Shown piece by piece: positions 43,301 through 47,020 of a stretch of 47,020 nt of DNA. The notes under the pieces are model-generated. The model was given only the letters and a program-made list of their open reading frames with translations, made no database searches and was not told the origin of the DNA. Positions within the stretch are counted from its first letter, which is position 1; each line of letters starts with the position of its first letter. Location of the stretch: assembly GCA_900128585.1 (NCBI GenBank), contig LT642167.1:1-47020 (forward strand), read 5' to 3'. The translations under genes and the position numbers were made by a program. The DNA is from Stramenopiles sp. TOSAG23-3. Lineage: Eukaryota.

Positions 43301-44029
43301 GACGGCCTGGAAGGTATCTATTTTGGCAGAATGAAGTTCGTTCGTTGGGTAGGAGAGGCAATCATCCATGCCATCATATGCGCAATCGTTGGTATTTCTG
43401 CTACGTCGTTTAGCGTAGGAGCCTTCCACAGCGTTGGCATTTATTACATAGGAACAATAGTCCACTTGTCAATTACCGTAGTGACAAACATTCGTTTGAT
43501 GCTTCTCATCCGCGATTGGACGTGGGTTGTCTTTTTCTTTTATGCAGGCACTTTTGCCTCTTGGTTCGTCTTCATGGAATGGTTAGGCCACAAAAACTCC
43601 ATCGTAGTCATGACAGACCTTGCCTCGGCGAATACCGTAGGGATGCAGGATAAAGTCTTAGGAGACCCTGTCTCATGGTTTTGCGTATTTCTGTCAACGG
43701 CCATCTGCCTTTTACCAATTTTGGCAGAAGGGGCGTACACCACGTTTTATCTGACAAGAATTTCTACGATGTGCATGGAGTTGCAGAAGAAACACGGCAA
43801 GGCTCTGGGTTTGAACAATGGGCCCATTTTAGGGTGCTCCGTTGATGCTGCTTCCGACCAAAGTTACAAAATTGAGTTTGGACGTGGACCTGGTGGAAAA
43901 GCTGTAGAGTTGCCAGCGAAAATTGTTAGTGCTGAAGAAGTAGCGCCCGATAAAGCATTCAACCCAATTGTCGAGAATGCAGACTCGTTGAACGCGTACG
44001 AGAAACGAATCTTCAACTTGAGTGGTTGA
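40382..44029 (+). CDS. P4-type ATPase (phospholipid flippase)
   Basis: LDGETDLK, IPISL, FSDKTGTLT, FSSARKRSS, AIEDKLQDGV, WVLTGDK, IGDGANDV, HGRWNY.R. First ATG is at 40382. Confidence 0.97.
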   Translation: MATPAQEKKVSGDGEWRTVRVNSKEQDNVFPTNEVISSKYTKFSFLPVGLFEQFSRAANCYFLLICFLQTWKDVSITNGIPTMAPTLTFILFLSLVKVGYEDYLRHKADEKENGQKVEVFDVATNKFLVKEWWQCKIGDILKLKNRDFNPCDIILLASADTENNAVFINTKALDGETDLKIREVHKDMVRHNGGPDSEAPPEIIATMIKDDCLRGETPSKNLLKFEGTYVKSNGEKISLDMNNVVLRGVQVRQVEWCLGVVAYTGQDTKIQQNSLTPPRKVSNMGRWVGQDTFKMFLIDVFCCLLSAIVGTAQRGAIRKDKFKSEGHDVYVSTMTYHEFGEENLGQSVFVEFVLSFFTYFIVFTSFIPISLLVTIDFVKFFQKFTIQWDLDMYYEETDTPMRVRCSDLNESLGMVNHIFSDKTGTLTCNVMEFRKCSVNGKSYGAGMTQIGRGRFQRLNPGVPVPKDPVIDGPKTEFVNFLDKKLATVLKGAGADAATARAFCMNMALNHEVVPEYDDGKFVYSGPSPDEVAFVYFAKHMGYFYNRRTRRTATVHINGKDEEYDILEVLKFSSARKRSSILCRKTGTKGDIIVYSKGADNVMEALLDKNDARTKRVKKESLKHVQQYCDDGLRILLIATKTVTNAWYEAWSKRFDQAKNAESDREAKKEAVMAEIENGLSLCGVTAIEDKLQDGVPDCISAMRKAGIKVWVLTGDKVDTAINIGYACQLISPDMKVIQLTNNAPGINLELDKDKIPVQDCLQRCLTKALDDAKKHVADGLEVVAVLDTYFLTSIEQNDEGQRLLELSNLCKSFIAARVSPDQKGQIVTLVRSNSPEEVVTLSIGDGANDVNMIQKAHVGVGIEGLEGKQAVNNSDFAIAQFRYLQKLLLCHGRWNYRRMSTVSYYMFYKNALFVIPQWFYGWYLLFSGQPYYLEYPLYQLHNMAWTAFPIVVFGVLEKDLVKRIAMQIPEVYKDGLEGIYFGRMKFVRWVGEAIIHAIICAIVGISATSFSVGAFHSVGIYYIGTIVHLSITVVTNIRLMLLIRDWTWVVFFFYAGTFASWFVFMEWLGHKNSIVVMTDLASANTVGMQDKVLGDPVSWFCVFLSTAICLLPILAEGAYTTFYLTRISTMCMELQKKHGKALGLNNGPILGCSVDAASDQSYKIEFGRGPGGKAVELPAKIVSAEEVAPDKAFNPIVENADSLNAYEKRIFNLSG

Positions 44030-44907
44030 ACACAATTACTTTCTCGCTTTTTAACTTACTGGTACGAGAATATTACAAAATTATTATTTTCCCTCGATAG
44101 ATGATATGTATAAAATAAATTTCACTTGGTACGCTTCACTTCTTCCTTACATACGAGGAGTATAATAAAGGATAACGTATATTATATCACAGTACATAAT
44201 GGTCAGAGGGAAACAAACAAAAATCAATCACCAAGAAATAAGGAAACAAGCTCCTCCTCAACACAACAACACCACTTTCTTCTTCTTCTTCGAACCACTT
44301 TCTTCTTTCTTCTTCTTCGAACCACATACGTACATTATTATTAGTATTGTAATATAACGCGTATTATTTATTAGATACAATACGAGTACGTAGATAGATA
44401 CTATAAAATACGGGACACTCTTTCTTTCTCTTTCCTTTTTTTCTTCTTCATTCTTCTTCTTCTCTTTTTGTTGCTTGTAATAAATATAGGACTATTAATT
44501 AATTACATATTAATTAGTAGTAAATAAATAATTTAATAATATTATAGACGACTACACTGTATACTTTAATATTATATTATTATTAAAATAATAAATAATA
44601 AAAAGTTGTTGTTGTATTACGAACACAACCATTGCTTGGTGTATAATGTGGATGTATATTTAGTTAAAGCCTGGAAACTCAAAGTTAACGTTCGACTAAA
44701 CTTGAAGCGTGCCACATTTTCTGCTTTACTTGAAATACAGACCATCGCTGTCACCGCGTCTCCTTTTTAAAAAAATCCCACCATCCTCAAGCAAATACGT
44801 GCGTATTTGATACCAAGAAGATTTGGTTTGGTTTTACTGACTCGTGTGTGGAGCGCTGCATCTTCGTCTGTTATTTTTATCATACATAGTGTGCAACTGA
44901 AAGAAAT

Positions 44908-46692
44908 ATGTACAGTAGTAAAGTCAGCGATCCTAGCGGTACTGGCACATCGAGAGACGATGGTGCGTACGAGGGGAAGCGGGATATGTCCGCTTCTTCA
45001 AAGATAGTGGACAGCGACGAAGATTTCGATATTTCTGTTTTCAGTGGGTTGTGGGAAGGCAAAAGCGTCAGCAACAAGGGCGATCAGACGTTTTGGAAAG
45101 GCGCGGAGCTAACGTTCCAGTTGCACAGCGATCGCACGCATGCGACGGTGTCTGGGAACGGAATTTCGCTTTGGAGAAGCTACAAAATCCCCTTCGAAGT
45201 CACCGGGACTATCAACTGTAGGACCAAGGAGATAACCATAGTAAAAGAGCACAAAGGGCAGTTCACCAACCGTGTTGAGTATAACGCGGTCTTGGTTCCA
45301 TCCCGGGGCATTGTCTCGGGTGATTATGCCAACGGTGTGATAGTATTGAAGTTTAAGTCGGAAAGAGACATGATGAATCCCGAAATATGCTTGAGCGGTA
45401 AGTGGGGAGGAGAGAGTCGCAGTAGAAATAATGATCCAACTACATGGACGGAAACAGAGTTGCAATTTATCCTGTCGGGCGATGGTGTAACAGGACACAT
45501 CGACGGACGAGGACTGTCCTTGTGGCGCAGCATGCAAATCGAGTTCGTCGTCGAAGGTACATTCAATTGGGAAACGAAAGAAATATCCCTTCGAAAGCAG
45601 CACTTGGGGCGCTATACAAACGTCGTAAATTATGAGGGCATAGTGCTCTTAGACAACTTTACAATCGAGGGGGAGTATACGAACGGGACGATCCATTTGG
45701 AGCGGTTGGAAGACTTAAATTTGCCGTCCGCGGAAACCATCCGAATCTGGACTATGACCGATGACCAGAAAGAAGAAGTGCGGATAAGGGAGGAAAAGGG
45801 GCGTGAAAAAGCAAGCGAGGCGAGGGAAATAGAAAACCTGTTAGGCGGAGTGTGGGGTGGGGAGAGCATTGATGGGGAAGAGAACGTCACGACGTGGAGA
45901 GAGACAGCGCTGAAGTTTCATTTGAACCCGGTCACACTCAAGGGCACCATTGAAGGCCAAGGGGTCTCCGTGTGGCGGGAGATGAACATCGATTTCAACA
46001 TAAAAGGCGACTTTGACTGGAACACCAAAGAAATACAGCTCCACAAGCAGCACAAGGGCCGTTACACCAACAAACTTGTATATTCAGGCTTTCTACGGGA
46101 AAGACCCCCGGCGCAGGGACCAGACGCCGACCCATCACGCCCGAAGTGGAAGATTGAAGGACGGTATGCCAAGGGCATAATACAGCTGAGCAAAGAGCGA
46201 GACTTTTTTGTTCTTGCGAATGGGAATTCTGTGAAAAACGAAGGCTCTGCAAAGAAAGAAGTCGGCAGACCTGTTAAAATTGGAGGAGGGGACCCCCACG
46301 TTAACTTGAAGCTTGCTAAGTATGAAATGTTTTTGGCGGGTATGCTGTCATCGGGACGGCAATTGAATGCGAGCGACCAACTCGCCCTGGCCAATTTCAG
46401 AAAAAAACACGAAGTTGATGACGAAGAACACTGGAAGACGGTCAAATCAATGGGATTTGAAAAAGCAGATTTTCGCGCTTTAATGATAGGGGAAAGCAGC
46501 GTCAGCCAGGAAGACTCCGACACTTGCAAGATATGTTTTGTCGAGAAGATAAACGCTGTAATCTTGCCTTGCGGCCATTTCTCTTTGTGTATAGACTGCG
46601 GCAAAAAATTTATGAGAAAGCATCCCACAGGTGCTAAGTGCCCTATTTGCAGGAAACCCGTGGCTTCCATACAACAAGTCTATCGTTCCTGA
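44908..46692 (+). CDS. Protein with three tandem ~105-aa beta-rich repeats, a small helical domain and a C-terminal C3HC4 RING (probable E3 ligase)
   Basis: Repeats begin SGLWEGKS, SGKWGGES and GGVWGGES. RING is CKIC...ILPCGH..LCIDC...CPICR. Confidence 0.88.
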   Translation: MYSSKVSDPSGTGTSRDDGAYEGKRDMSASSKIVDSDEDFDISVFSGLWEGKSVSNKGDQTFWKGAELTFQLHSDRTHATVSGNGISLWRSYKIPFEVTGTINCRTKEITIVKEHKGQFTNRVEYNAVLVPSRGIVSGDYANGVIVLKFKSERDMMNPEICLSGKWGGESRSRNNDPTTWTETELQFILSGDGVTGHIDGRGLSLWRSMQIEFVVEGTFNWETKEISLRKQHLGRYTNVVNYEGIVLLDNFTIEGEYTNGTIHLERLEDLNLPSAETIRIWTMTDDQKEEVRIREEKGREKASEAREIENLLGGVWGGESIDGEENVTTWRETALKFHLNPVTLKGTIEGQGVSVWREMNIDFNIKGDFDWNTKEIQLHKQHKGRYTNKLVYSGFLRERPPAQGPDADPSRPKWKIEGRYAKGIIQLSKERDFFVLANGNSVKNEGSAKKEVGRPVKIGGGDPHVNLKLAKYEMFLAGMLSSGRQLNASDQLALANFRKKHEVDDEEHWKTVKSMGFEKADFRALMIGESSVSQEDSDTCKICFVEKINAVILPCGHFSLCIDCGKKFMRKHPTGAKCPICRKPVASIQQVYRS

Positions 46693-47020
46693 ACGCCTTT
46701 CTTTCGCTTGGCATCGATATACGTGTATTTTGTTTCCGTGCAAATAAAAAGATGGTTTGTTCTTCATTCCGAAAGTGCCGTATAGTATAAATGCTACTAT
46801 ATTTTTTTTAAATGCTGTTTTACAGCACATCTAAATTTATGGTTATTTACTTCTTCAATTTATCTTTTTTTGAAAGAATTCTTTTCGCCTCGCATCATCG
46901 CATCTCGCATCGCCCGCCCTCCTCCTCGATTTTCTTCGCTCCTTCTTTTGTTTAAAAAATTGAAAAGTGATTTTACCAAATTCCTTAAACATCAACAACA
47001 ACAAACGCCCCCTTCGCCCT

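Noticed and set aside
12927-46692. Apparent protein-quality-control cluster (SEL1L fusion, FKBP, ZNF598, RING E3)
   Set aside because: These are common gene classes acting in different compartments and interspersed with unrelated genes; there is no evidence of functional clustering.
1-47020. tRNA, rRNA, CRISPR arrays, transposase or reverse-transcriptase ORFs
   Set aside because: None were recognisable by eye; a covariance-model scan would be needed to exclude small ncRNAs.

Overview
Gene-dense, nearly intron-less eukaryotic (protist-like; lineage not determinable from this window) sequence with moderately GC-rich CDSs separated by very AT-rich spacers, two simple-repeat tracts and one N-gap. 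It holds 13 credible protein genes: a giant kinesin (motor + coiled coil + Sfi1-like repeats + ankyrin tail), a Zwint-1-like coiled-coil/RWD protein, a multi-lectin SEL1L/Hrd3 fusion, a secreted Cys-rich repeat protein with two apparent frameshifts, an unknown multipass membrane protein, biotin protein ligase, an SLC37-type MFS transporter (one clear intron), a membrane-anchored FKBP, a bacterial-type TrmL, ZNF598/Hel2, an STK11IP/nischarin-like LRR protein, a P4-ATPase flippase, and a triple-beta-repeat RING protein. Most notable are (1) an apparent natural fusion of an intact OS-9-type MRH lectin with the SEL1L ERAD adaptor and (2) a short dispersed element found six times, always downstream of a stop codon on that gene's sense strand, three times at about 62-64 nt, and once with a 12-bp target-site-like duplication. 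All calls come from motif recognition by eye; no database searches were run.
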